DNA from: an uncultured Halobacteriales archaeon
Lineage (GTDB): Archaea; Halobacteriota; Halobacteria; Halobacteriales; Haloarculaceae
Assembly (NCBI GenBank): GCA_964597715.1
Contig: CAZQZE010000001.1
Span: 1-32,696 of the forward strand
Direction of reading: 5' to 3'
Length of the DNA stretch: 32,696 bases
In this document: positions 18,211-26,239 of the stretch, piece after piece
How positions within the stretch are numbered: the stretch's first letter is position 1
Layout: each line of letters opens with the position of its first letter
The notes under the pieces: model-generated
What the model saw: only the letters and a program-made list of their open reading frames with translations
Databases searched by the model: none
Told to the model about the DNA's origin: nothing
Program-made: the position numbers and the translations under genes

Positions 18211-19247
18211 ACGCCGTCACCGTCCATGTCGTCGATGGCTGTCGCCACACACTCCTGTGCGGCGTCGAGTTCCGCTCGGCCGGAGACCTTCGACGAGAGA
18301 ACGTCGGTCATCACCTCGAGGAAGAAGGCGTCGTCGCGCTCCTCCTCGGGGACGGTGAGTAACCCCTCGGCGGCGATGATGGCCCCGCGGGTGCCGAGAT
18401 TCCAGTCGAACTCGTCGCGGACGGTGCGCAGCACGTCGACACACCCCCGGACGAGCGGGTCGGGTGCCTCCGGGACGTGGGAGTGGACGATCTCCACCTC
18501 CGTCTCGAAGTTGTAGTAGTCCATGTAGACGCCGACGAGACGGTCGAGCAGCGCGTCCTGTGGCTCGTGAACCCCCGCGTACTCGACGTCGTTCGAGGTG
18601 AGGATGGCGCGAAACTCCGGGTGGACCTCGACGAGCCTGTCGTCGCCACGCTGGCCAGGAAGTTCGAGAATTCCTTCCTCGAAAACTGAGAGAAGTGCGT
18701 TGTTCGCGGCGGGTTTCGTCCGCGAGAACTCGTTGTAGACGAGGGTTGCGCCCTCCCGAACGGCGACAGTGAGCGGATTGTCAACCCAGCGGTCCCGGAC
18801 GATGTCAGTGCTTTTGGTGACGTTGTGGATGTACTTGTCGCGCACAGACACCCGCTCCTGTTCGCTGAAGTCGCCGACGAGGTCCTTCGTGTCGAGGTCG
18901 GCGTCACCGTTGATCCAGACGACTGGGCGGTTCCGCTCGGACGCGACCCGCATCGCGAGCGCCGTCTTCCCACAGCCGGTCGGTCCAACGAGGTGAACCG
19001 GACGGTCGACCGAGACCCAGCGCTCGACGCGCCGGGTGACCGACTCCGTCTCGGGGGAGTCGACAAACGAGTCGAGGAGGTCACTGACGTCACGCAGCCC
19101 TGCGGACTGCCCGGCGGCGGTGCCCGTCTGTGCCGACTGGCGCTGCGTCGAGGAGCTTCCGCCCCCGTTCTGTCGACGCTTTTCGCTTCGGCTGTCGCGG
19201 ATCTGCGAGCCACGCACCTTCCGCTCGTGACCGTCTCGCTGCGCCAT
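18207..19247 (-). CDS. gvpN: Gas vesicle AAA+ ATPase GvpN
   Basis: ERKVRG N-terminus, PVHLVGPTGCGKT, WVDNPLT, LVYNEFSRTKP, EYAGVHEPQDALLDRL. Confidence 0.96.
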   Translation of the reverse strand: MAQRDGHERKVRGSQIRDSRSEKRRQNGGGSSSTQRQSAQTGTAAGQSAGLRDVSDLLDSFVDSPETESVTRRVERWVSVDRPVHLVGPTGCGKTALAMRVASERNRPVVWINGDADLDTKDLVGDFSEQERVSVRDKYIHNVTKSTDIVRDRWVDNPLTVAVREGATLVYNEFSRTKPAANNALLSVFEEGILELPGQRGDDRLVEVHPEFRAILTSNDVEYAGVHEPQDALLDRLVGVYMDYYNFETEVEIVHSHVPEAPDPLVRGCVDVLRTVRDEFDWNLGTRGAIIAAEGLLTVPEEERDDAFFLEVMTDVLSSKVSGRAELDAAQECVATAIDDMDGDGV

Positions 19248-20191
19248 TACTCCTCACCCGGGAACAGCGCCACGTCGGGCCCGTGTTCTTCCTTGTACTC
19301 CTCCATGGAGAGTTCGTGGGTCTGGAGGTGTGACTCGGTGATGGCCTGGTAGTACTCCCCGCAGGTCAGACACTTGACCATGTCCTCGGGCGCGCCCCCG
19401 CTGTCCTGTGACTCGGCGTCCTCGCCCGTCAGCTGGTCGTTGATCGTCGGCAACTCACTGTCACCGACGGGGATATCGACGCCGTCGTCGGCCCGCTCGG
19501 TCTCGTCGGCGTCGGCGTCGGCCGGGTCGTGGCCGTCGGTCGTGGACGACTCGGACACGGACTCGTCGTCGGTGACCGACCCGGCTGTGGTGGCCGTGGC
19601 GGTGTGTGCCGGCTCCTCCTCGTACCCGTAGAACTCGACGACAGCCCGGGAGAACTCGTCACTCGCCTGCTCGTAGGCCGCCCGGACCTCCTCGACCGTC
19701 TCGAGAAACGCCTCGACATCCTGCTGTTTCTCCTGTACGTCCTGGTCGAACGCCCTGGCGAACTCCTCGAAGTCCCCCAGCGCCTCGGCGAAGGCGGCGT
19801 GTGTCGCGGCGACCTCCTCCCGGAACTCGTCGACCCGCTGTTGTTTCGCGCCAACGTCGTCCTCGAAGTCCTCGGTGTAGGCCTCGAACTCGACGAGCAT
19901 GGTCTCGAAGGCGTCGCGGGTCGCCTCGATCTCCTCGCGAAAGGCGGTCGCCGCGTCCTGCTTTGTGGCGACATCGGACTCGAACTCCGCGGCGTACGCG
20001 TCAAAGGCAGCCAGTGCCTGTTCGAATGTCGACTCCATGTCCGACATCTCCTCGCGGAACGTCACCGCGAGCTGTTGTTTGTCCCTGACGTCGCCCCAGA
20101 ACTGCTCGGTGTACTGGTTAACGTCTTCTCGCGCGAGCGCGAACTCGGCGCGCATCTCGGCGAATCCGTCGTGTTTCTCTTTTACTGTCAT
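19247..20191 (-). CDS. gvpC: Gas vesicle structural protein GvpC
   Basis: MTVKEK start, acidic 39-aa helical repeats, C-terminal CLTCGEYYQAITESHLQTH...YKEEHGPDV motif of haloarchaeal GvpC. Confidence 0.95.
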   Translation of the reverse strand: MTVKEKHDGFAEMRAEFALAREDVNQYTEQFWGDVRDKQQLAVTFREEMSDMESTFEQALAAFDAYAAEFESDVATKQDAATAFREEIEATRDAFETMLVEFEAYTEDFEDDVGAKQQRVDEFREEVAATHAAFAEALGDFEEFARAFDQDVQEKQQDVEAFLETVEEVRAAYEQASDEFSRAVVEFYGYEEEPAHTATATTAGSVTDDESVSESSTTDGHDPADADADETERADDGVDIPVGDSELPTINDQLTGEDAESQDSGGAPEDMVKCLTCGEYYQAITESHLQTHELSMEEYKEEHGPDVALFPGEE

Positions 20192-20217
20192 GTTCCTGGT
20201 TGTATGGTGTACGTTCG

Positions 20218-20252
20218 AAAACGGGACTGCGTGACGGGAGCGCGCCGGCGCG
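20218..20252 (-). terminator. Short GC hairpin plus T4 run after gvpA (possible partial terminator or stabilising element)
   Basis: Perfect palindrome CGCGCCGGCGCG (20241-20252) immediately after the gvpA stop; TTTT on the minus strand at 20218-20221. Confidence 0.35.
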
Positions 20253-20495
20253 TTAGGGCGTCGGTGCGTCCGCCGGTGCTTCGGCCGCGGTGGCGGTCAT
20301 TTCGGCTTGCTCGATTTTTGCGATCTCCTCGGCGTAGTGGAGGAACGTGTCGACCGAGGACGCGACGACGCGGGCCTCGACGGTCAGGATCTCGATCCCG
20401 ACGAGCGAGACACGGGCGAAGACGTCGACGACAATGCCCTTGTCGAGCACGCGGTCCAATACTTCTGCCAGACTGGATGAGTCGGGTTGTGCCAT
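20253..20495 (-). CDS. gvpA: Major gas vesicle structural protein GvpA
   Basis: [65 protein letters not shown]; start ATG 20495, 80 aa. Confidence 0.98.
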   Translation of the reverse strand: MAQPDSSSLAEVLDRVLDKGIVVDVFARVSLVGIEILTVEARVVASSVDTFLHYAEEIAKIEQAEMTATAAEAPADAPTP

Positions 20496-20677
20496 TGGTG
20501 TTCGTGGACAGATGTCCATCTCTTCAGAGACACGGGGGATATGAATAGGTATGTACGATTTCAGACAGGATTACGGGTCGCGTGATGGCCCGCGTTACGC
20601 CCGACGTAACGGCCGACAAAACGACACACGTAACCGGAGATACTGTTTTGCCAGTGGCTCGTCTGTGTTCGAACGCG
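20496..20677. promoter_or_regulatory. Divergent PA/PD promoter region with GvpE-UAS-like boxes
   Basis: Minus strand: CGTAATCC-n4-TGAAATCG-TACATACC-TATTCATA, then a leader hairpin TGGAC-ATCT-GTCCA before the gvpA ATG. Plus strand: CGTAACGG-n4-CAAAACGA-n4-CGTAACCG before a weak TTTTG box. Confidence 0.7.
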
Positions 20678-22177
20678 GTGTCACACCATTCAGAACGTGA
20701 ACACGTAAACGCGGGTCAACGCGGCGTCGAGAAGTTCCCGGCAGAGCTCCTGCGGTTTTTCACCCAGGGGCGGGGTCAGGTGCTCCTCGTTCGCGGAGAC
20801 CCTGGTGCCGGGAAGACGCTCTTTGCCGTCCAGGCGCTCGACATTCTCCGGCAGTACGGCGGGGACGTTCTCTACGTGACCACGCGCGTGGACACTGACA
20901 CCATCTACCGCAACTACCTGAAGGAGACAACCCGTCTCACCCCGTCGAACGTGCTCGACATCTCGCAGGACCCGTTCGACGCCGACATCACACCCGCCGA
21001 GGAGATCGGCGCCGACAGGTTCGACCCCGACACCTTCCTCGAGTGGCTGCGGGCGGTCAGCGACGTCTCGGACCCCTTTACCGCCGTGTTCGACAGCTGG
21101 GAACTCGTCGAACAACACCTGCTCTCGGAGGCCCACCAGGACGATGCGCCCGAACCCGAGGAGCTGGTGACCCGGATGGCCAAACTCGCCCGTCGCCACG
21201 GGTTCCGGATCATCCTGATCACCGAGGAGGCGGACCAGACGAAGCTTGACTACGTCGTGGACGGTGTCGTCGAACTCCGTGTCGGTCACAGCACCGGGGG
21301 TCGCCCCGAGCGGGAACTCCTGCTCGAGAAACTCCGGGGTGTCCGGATCGCCAACCGGACGCGGCCGTTCACACTCTCCGAGGAGACCTTTCGGGTGTTC
21401 ACGCCCGTCGACCTGCCGGTCTCCCGGGGCGTCGTCGGCGACCCGGAGTGGACGCCCGTCGGCAACTCGAAGTCGAAGTTCTCGACCGGTATCGAGGACC
21501 TCGACACGATGCTCGACGGCGGCTACAACCGCGGCAGTGTCGTCCACTTCGAACTCGGTCCCGACCTCTCCCGGGACGCCTGGAGTCTGCCCTGTCTCGC
21601 CACCGCACAGAATTTCCTCTCTCACGGCCTGGGTGTTGCGGTCGTCCCGCTCCCGGAGAGCAGTCCCGGGCTGGTGCGGCGGAACCTGGAGCCGGGGCTC
21701 GCGGACTCGGAGTTCGAGGCCCGCTGTGACGTCTTCGAGACCTACGACCACAGGAGCATGACAGCCATGTCCGGTGTCGACGACGACCCGACAGACGCCG
21801 ACGGGGACGGCCTACGGGACGACGCCGGCGGGTTCGAGTACGACGACTACATCCGTCGTCTCGAGTCCCTCCGCGGGGAGAGTGACGGCCCGCTGTTGCA
21901 CACTATCAGCATGGACGCGGCAGGTGACGCGCTCAGCGACATCATGAGTGACCACGCCACCTACGTCGCGCTGCACAACGACCTCTCGGTCCTCGTGACG
22001 AAACCGGGCAGCAGAGAGCGAACCCGTGCCGACCGGGTGGCGGACGTCCACCTTCGCCTCGAACGGCGGGGCGAAACCGTCTTTATGTACGGCAAGAACC
22101 CGGTCACCCCGTTTCTCGGGTTCGACACGAGCATGACCGACGGGACCCTCGACATCGCACTCCAGGAGATGGTCTGA
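20678..22177 (+). CDS. gvpD: Gas vesicle regulatory ATPase GvpD (KaiC-like repressor)
   Basis: P-loop GDPGAGKT, FDSWE, LEKLRGVRI, NSKSKFSTGI, GYNRGSVVH, GPDLSRDAWS, VALHNDL, ends EMV. GTG 20678 preferred because the ORF-track start 20582 lies inside the operator array. Confidence 0.95.
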   Translation: MSHHSEREHVNAGQRGVEKFPAELLRFFTQGRGQVLLVRGDPGAGKTLFAVQALDILRQYGGDVLYVTTRVDTDTIYRNYLKETTRLTPSNVLDISQDPFDADITPAEEIGADRFDPDTFLEWLRAVSDVSDPFTAVFDSWELVEQHLLSEAHQDDAPEPEELVTRMAKLARRHGFRIILITEEADQTKLDYVVDGVVELRVGHSTGGRPERELLLEKLRGVRIANRTRPFTLSEETFRVFTPVDLPVSRGVVGDPEWTPVGNSKSKFSTGIEDLDTMLDGGYNRGSVVHFELGPDLSRDAWSLPCLATAQNFLSHGLGVAVVPLPESSPGLVRRNLEPGLADSEFEARCDVFETYDHRSMTAMSGVDDDPTDADGDGLRDDAGGFEYDDYIRRLESLRGESDGPLLHTISMDAAGDALSDIMSDHATYVALHNDLSVLVTKPGSRERTRADRVADVHLRLERRGETVFMYGKNPVTPFLGFDTSMTDGTLDIALQEMV

Positions 22178-22178
22178 G

Positions 22179-22256
22179 GTGGCCGTACCGACCTACCCAC
22201 GCGGCGCCGCGCCGACATCAACCGGCAGTTCCACCACTCACAACCCAGAACAATGA
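22179..22256 (+). other. 25-codon mini-ORF (MAVPTYPRGAAPTSTGSSTTHNPEQ) bridging gvpD and gvpF at the usual gvpE position
   Basis: GTG 1 nt after the gvpD stop, GGAGA upstream, TGA overlapping the gvpF ATG (ATGA). Confidence 0.35.
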
Positions 22257-22894
22257 GCGACAACAATTCCAACCTGTACGTGTACGGCATCATCGAACAG
22301 ACCGACATCGAGATGGAGGTCGATGGCGTCTTCGGCGCGTCGAGGCTCGTGACGGTCGACTACCGGTCCCACTCGGCGCTCACCTCCACGGTCGATACCA
22401 CCGAGCCGGAGCGGTCCGACGAGGCCGTCGCAACGCACGACGACGTGCTCCGGTCGGTCGTCGAGCGCGACGACGTCCAGACCGTCGTGCCGATGAGCTT
22501 TGGCATGGCGTTCAAAAACGCCCGGACGCTGAAGGGGGTGATGCGGGGCGCCCAGCGGGCGTTCCGGAAGGCGCTCAACGACGTCGAGGGCTGTGTCGAA
22601 CTCGGGGTCAAGATGGTCGACCCCGCCGACGGGGCGACCGACGCCGACGAACTCCGCGGGCTACTCGAGGACGAACTCGACCCGCTGAGTGCCGGCCAGA
22701 CAGAGGACGACCTCTTCAGTGACCGGCTCATCGCAAACCGGTCGTATCTCGTCGAACAGGACCAGCGCGACGACTTCGACGAGGCCGTCGACCGGCTCGA
22801 AGCAGCAAACGAGGACGTGCTCGTCAAGTACACCGGTCCCTGGGCGCCGTACAACTTTGTCGACATCCGGGTCGGGGCGGAGGCGAGTAACTGA
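22253..22894 (+). CDS. gvpF: Gas vesicle protein GvpF
   Basis: NLYVYGIIEQ, VVPMSFGMAFKNARTLKGVMRGA, YTGPWAPYNFVDI. Confidence 0.96.
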   Translation: MSDNNSNLYVYGIIEQTDIEMEVDGVFGASRLVTVDYRSHSALTSTVDTTEPERSDEAVATHDDVLRSVVERDDVQTVVPMSFGMAFKNARTLKGVMRGAQRAFRKALNDVEGCVELGVKMVDPADGATDADELRGLLEDELDPLSAGQTEDDLFSDRLIANRSYLVEQDQRDDFDEAVDRLEAANEDVLVKYTGPWAPYNFVDIRVGAEASN

Positions 22895-23145
22895 TGATCC
22901 TGGTCGACGACCTGTTGCTCAAGCCGTTCGTCTCGCTGCTCGACATCCTCCACGCGATGGTGCTGGACGAACTCCACGATATGGGGGCCATCCGTGACGA
23001 CCTCAAGGAAAACCAGTTGCTGTACGAACTCGGGGAACGGCCGGAGTCGGAGTACGAGCGGAAGAAAGGGCAGTTAGAGGCCGAACTCCAGGTTGCCGAG
23101 GAGGTCCACGAGAAACTCATCAGCGGGAACATCGAGGTGCAGTGA
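22894..23145 (+). CDS. gvpG: Gas vesicle protein GvpG
   Basis: DDLLLKPFVSLLDILH...IRDDLKENQLLYELGER. Confidence 0.95.
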   Translation: MILVDDLLLKPFVSLLDILHAMVLDELHDMGAIRDDLKENQLLYELGERPESEYERKKGQLEAELQVAEEVHEKLISGNIEVQ

Positions 23146-23681
23146 CTATGCCCGACGACACCGACAGAGACGACTCGGACGAGGACGAGGAGTTCCCCGG
23201 GTCGATTCCGCTCGGGAACGTCTTCGAGACGCTCTCGACACTGCTCGAACAGCTCGACGACGCCGACCTGGACACCGGTGAGCGACGGTCCGACACCGTC
23301 CGGCGCGGGGACGCGACGTTCGACTACGACATCAATATCGGCACGATAGCCCCCGACGGCGAGGGTCGCAGCGACCGCCGGAGCCCGGACTGGGACATCA
23401 GAGGGGAGTCCGAGGACCACGAGTACCGGGTCAGGGTCAACGACGCCGACGGCGAACTCGTCGTCGTTGCCGACCTCCCGGCGGTTTCGGCCGACGAGGT
23501 CAGCGTCGAGACGACCGACGACGACGAGGCACTCGAGATCCGTGTCGACGGTGCGGTTCTCAGGTCGGTCCCGCTCGACTGGGGCGGGGCGAGTGTCACC
23601 GAGGTCGCATTCACCAACCAGGTACTCGAGGTACACGTCGAACCACAGGGCGGCGAGACCGACGGAGAGACGAATACATGA
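23142..23681 (+). CDS. gvpH: Gas vesicle protein GvpH (Hsp20-like fold)
   Basis: FDYDINIG, ELVVVADLPAVS, FTNQVLEVH; lies between G and I. The start could be ATG 23148. Confidence 0.9.
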   Translation: MTMPDDTDRDDSDEDEEFPGSIPLGNVFETLSTLLEQLDDADLDTGERRSDTVRRGDATFDYDINIGTIAPDGEGRSDRRSPDWDIRGESEDHEYRVRVNDADGELVVVADLPAVSADEVSVETTDDDEALEIRVDGAVLRSVPLDWGGASVTEVAFTNQVLEVHVEPQGGETDGETNT

Positions 23682-24082
23682 CGAACAACAGAACCCAACG
23701 ACGAAAACAGACACAGCAGCGGAACAAGGTCGTCGCCAGAGCGCTCCGTAACCGCGACAGGACGAGACAGAACCTCCTCGCCCAGGGCCGGAAACTGGCG
23801 CGTCGACGCGCCGAGAACGTCGACCGCGACACCGACCAGTCCGAGGACAGGGGGTCGACGGGCGCGAGCGCACACTCGACGGTCCCGTCGACCGACTCGA
23901 ACGAGGAGGTTGCGGTGCGACACTCACACTCGACCGTCCCGGCACAGCCGAGAGGGTCGACCGTCCCGGCGGCGGCCCGTCTCTACGGGCTCAAGTTGTA
24001 CGAACAGATTCGGGCCGACCGCGACGAGGACGGGGACGGGCCGGCCACGGGCGAGGCCGACGGCGAGGGTGAGGAGCAATGA
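23678..24082 (+). CDS. gvpI: Gas vesicle protein GvpI
   Basis: Basic N-terminus (NRDRTRQNLLAQGRKLARRR), repeated HSTVP motifs, RLYG. Confidence 0.9.
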   Translation: MTNNRTQRRKQTQQRNKVVARALRNRDRTRQNLLAQGRKLARRRAENVDRDTDQSEDRGSTGASAHSTVPSTDSNEEVAVRHSHSTVPAQPRGSTVPAAARLYGLKLYEQIRADRDEDGDGPATGEADGEGEEQ

Positions 24083-24369
24083 GCGGACCGAAACCCACCC
24101 GCACACAGGGTGACCTCGCACAGATGCTCGAGACGCTGCTGGACAAGGGTGTGGTGATCAACGCGGATATCGCCATCACGATCGGGGACACGGAACTGCT
24201 CGGTGTGAAACTCCGTGCGGCGATTGCCTCGTTCGAAACTGCCGCCGAGTACGGTCTCGAGTTCCCCCTCGGTACCGACCTGGAGTCGGTCGCCGAGGCG
24301 AGCGAGAGCGGCCCCGAGGAGGCGACAGCAGCGGACGCCACCGGCGTCACCGGCGGAGGCCAGGGGTGA
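24079..24369 (+). CDS. gvpJ: Gas vesicle protein GvpJ
   Basis: PKPTRTQGDLAQMLETLLDKGVVINADI...RAAIASFETAAEYGLEFP. Confidence 0.96.
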   Translation: MSGPKPTRTQGDLAQMLETLLDKGVVINADIAITIGDTELLGVKLRAAIASFETAAEYGLEFPLGTDLESVAEASESGPEEATAADATGVTGGGQG

Positions 24370-24375
24370 CCGGCC

Positions 24376-24681
24376 GTGCAACTCACAATCGACGAGGACG
24401 ACGGGCTACAGAGTGGGCTGACATCGCTGGTCGTGACCGTCGTCGAACTGCTCGTCGAGGCGCTCGAGCGGGAGGCTGTCCGTCGTATGGAGAGTGGAAC
24501 GCTCTCCGAGGCGGAGGTCGAGCGTCTCGGACAGCAGCTGTGTCGCTTGGACGCGGAACTCGAGCGGCTGAAGACAGACCAGGACATCGAGGAGGAGGTC
24601 GACTCCTTCCGTGGGCAACTCGACGATGTCGTCGACGATGCGCTCCGGAACGTCGTGAACGGGGAGGGCCAACATGAGTGA
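24376..24681 (+). CDS. gvpK: Gas vesicle protein GvpK
   Basis: [39 protein letters not shown]; GTG start. Confidence 0.95.
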   Translation: MQLTIDEDDGLQSGLTSLVVTVVELLVEALEREAVRRMESGTLSEAEVERLGQQLCRLDAELERLKTDQDIEEEVDSFRGQLDDVVDDALRNVVNGEGQHE

Positions 24682-25528
24682 AACCGCAGACCCCGACGGG
24701 AGTACAGTCGGAGAGACCGCCGACACCGGCCGGTATCTCTACTGTCTCGTGGACCTCGACGAGGGCGGCGAGACGGGCACCGTACCGGTCGATATCGACG
24801 GTATCGAGGGTGAGTCGGTCTTTCTCATCACAGCCCAGCACGCCACTGTCGGTGCACTCGTCCACGAGCGTGGGGCCCCCTTCGATTCGACCGACCTCAC
24901 GAAACTCCGGGACTGGCTGCTCGCCCACCAGCAGGTCGTCGACGCCGCCGGTGACCGGTTTGGAACACCCCTGCCGGTCCAGTTCGATACGGTGCTCGAC
25001 GGCGACGACGACGCGGTTGCCGCGTGGCTCGACCGGAACGGCGAGCAGGTCGTGGATGCGTTCGACGACCTGGGCGGCTGCTGGGAGTACCGTGTGACGC
25101 TGTCCTGGGACCCGACGGGCTTCGAGGCCGAACAGCGGACGACCGACGCCGAACTCTCGAGCATCGACCGGCGGCTCGACCAGTCCGGCACCGGCACCCA
25201 GTTTCTGCTCGAGAAGAAGTACGACCAGCGACTGCGCGAGCTGGTCAGACAGCGACAGACGGCGCTAAAGGAGATGCTCGTCGACCGGCTGCGCGCGGAC
25301 GCCATGGAGGTCACCGAGCGGCCGGTGCAGTCGGATGCCGCCGCCTCCCTGGGGGTCGAACTGGACTCCGACGCTATCGGGCAGGTTGCCCTGTTGGCAC
25401 CGTCGACTGCGGAGTCACCCATCGGCGCGACGCTCGACGAGATCGCCGACATCCCCGGTGTCGATGTCCGGTTCACCGGCCCCTGGCCGCCGTACACGTT
25501 TGCCCCGGAGATCACCGATGACGGGTAG
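24674..25528 (+). CDS. gvpL: Gas vesicle protein GvpL
   Basis: [41 protein letters not shown]. Confidence 0.96.
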   Translation: MSETADPDGSTVGETADTGRYLYCLVDLDEGGETGTVPVDIDGIEGESVFLITAQHATVGALVHERGAPFDSTDLTKLRDWLLAHQQVVDAAGDRFGTPLPVQFDTVLDGDDDAVAAWLDRNGEQVVDAFDDLGGCWEYRVTLSWDPTGFEAEQRTTDAELSSIDRRLDQSGTGTQFLLEKKYDQRLRELVRQRQTALKEMLVDRLRADAMEVTERPVQSDAAASLGVELDSDAIGQVALLAPSTAESPIGATLDEIADIPGVDVRFTGPWPPYTFAPEITDDG

Positions 25529-25608
25529 CGCTCGCGGCCACGCCCGCGACGGGACCCGACCGAGTACCGACGGACCGAACAACCGACCCGAAACCCCAGC
25601 CACACCAC

Positions 25609-25806
25609 ATGCAACCGACCCGAACTGAGGAGCACGCGGTCGTCGAACTGCTCGACGTCCTGCTCGAGAAGGGCGTGGTCATCCAGGCGGACGTCGTCGT
25701 GACGGTCGCCGACATCCCGCTCGTCGGGATCAGTCTCCAGGCCGCCATCGCGGGGATGGCGAAGATGTCCGAGTACGGGGGCCAGGCGTGGGCGGAACGG
25801 GAGTAG
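25609..25806 (+). CDS. gvpM: Gas vesicle protein GvpM (short, 65 aa)
   Basis: MQPT..EHAVVELLDVLL..G.VIQADVVVTVADIPLVGISL.AAIAGM..M.EYG; last gene of the operon. Confidence 0.92.
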   Translation: MQPTRTEEHAVVELLDVLLEKGVVIQADVVVTVADIPLVGISLQAAIAGMAKMSEYGGQAWAERE

Positions 25807-26239
25807 CCCCCCGGACAGACGCACGGCCGGTGTGAGCGCAGCCCGCCGGGGGTCGTCTGCGCCGGGTCCGATAGGCCCGGGTCGTTGTCTTTGACCCCCG
25901 AGTTTCACCTGTGAAAAACTCGCCGTACATGGGTGCGGTTATCGTGGCCACACATACCAACCGGCCAGTGTAGCCGGCGAGGAGACCGACGACGACGCGG
26001 GCACCGTGGGTGCCGGGTTCTCGGGCTGTCCCAACTCCACCGACTGCGCGACGAACCGGGTCTGTCGGTAAGGGGTATCGAGAGGGCCGGTGGGGTGTTG
26101 GACGAGCAAAGCGCCAGCCACGAACCCCCAGTGGATACCGATGACCGACCACCGCGACAGCCGGGCCGCGGCTGGACTGTCCCACGGGGCCCGTGAGGTG
26201 AGCGAAAGTTTGTTGCTGGCGGTCCTCGTGGGCGCGAGC

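Noticed and set aside
20582-20677. Longer gvpD start at 20582/20585
   Set aside because: It lies within the operator array and leaves no room for PD; similarity to GvpD begins near FPAEL.
23860-23970. Repeated CACTCGAC/HSTVP units in gvpI as a novel repeat
   Set aside because: Repeated HST(V/M)P motifs are a normal feature of haloarchaeal GvpI as I recall it.
25807-26239. Displaced gvpE or another gene between gvpM and the RraA-like gene
   Set aside because: The ORFs here have no motifs or acidic bias; treated as intergenic.
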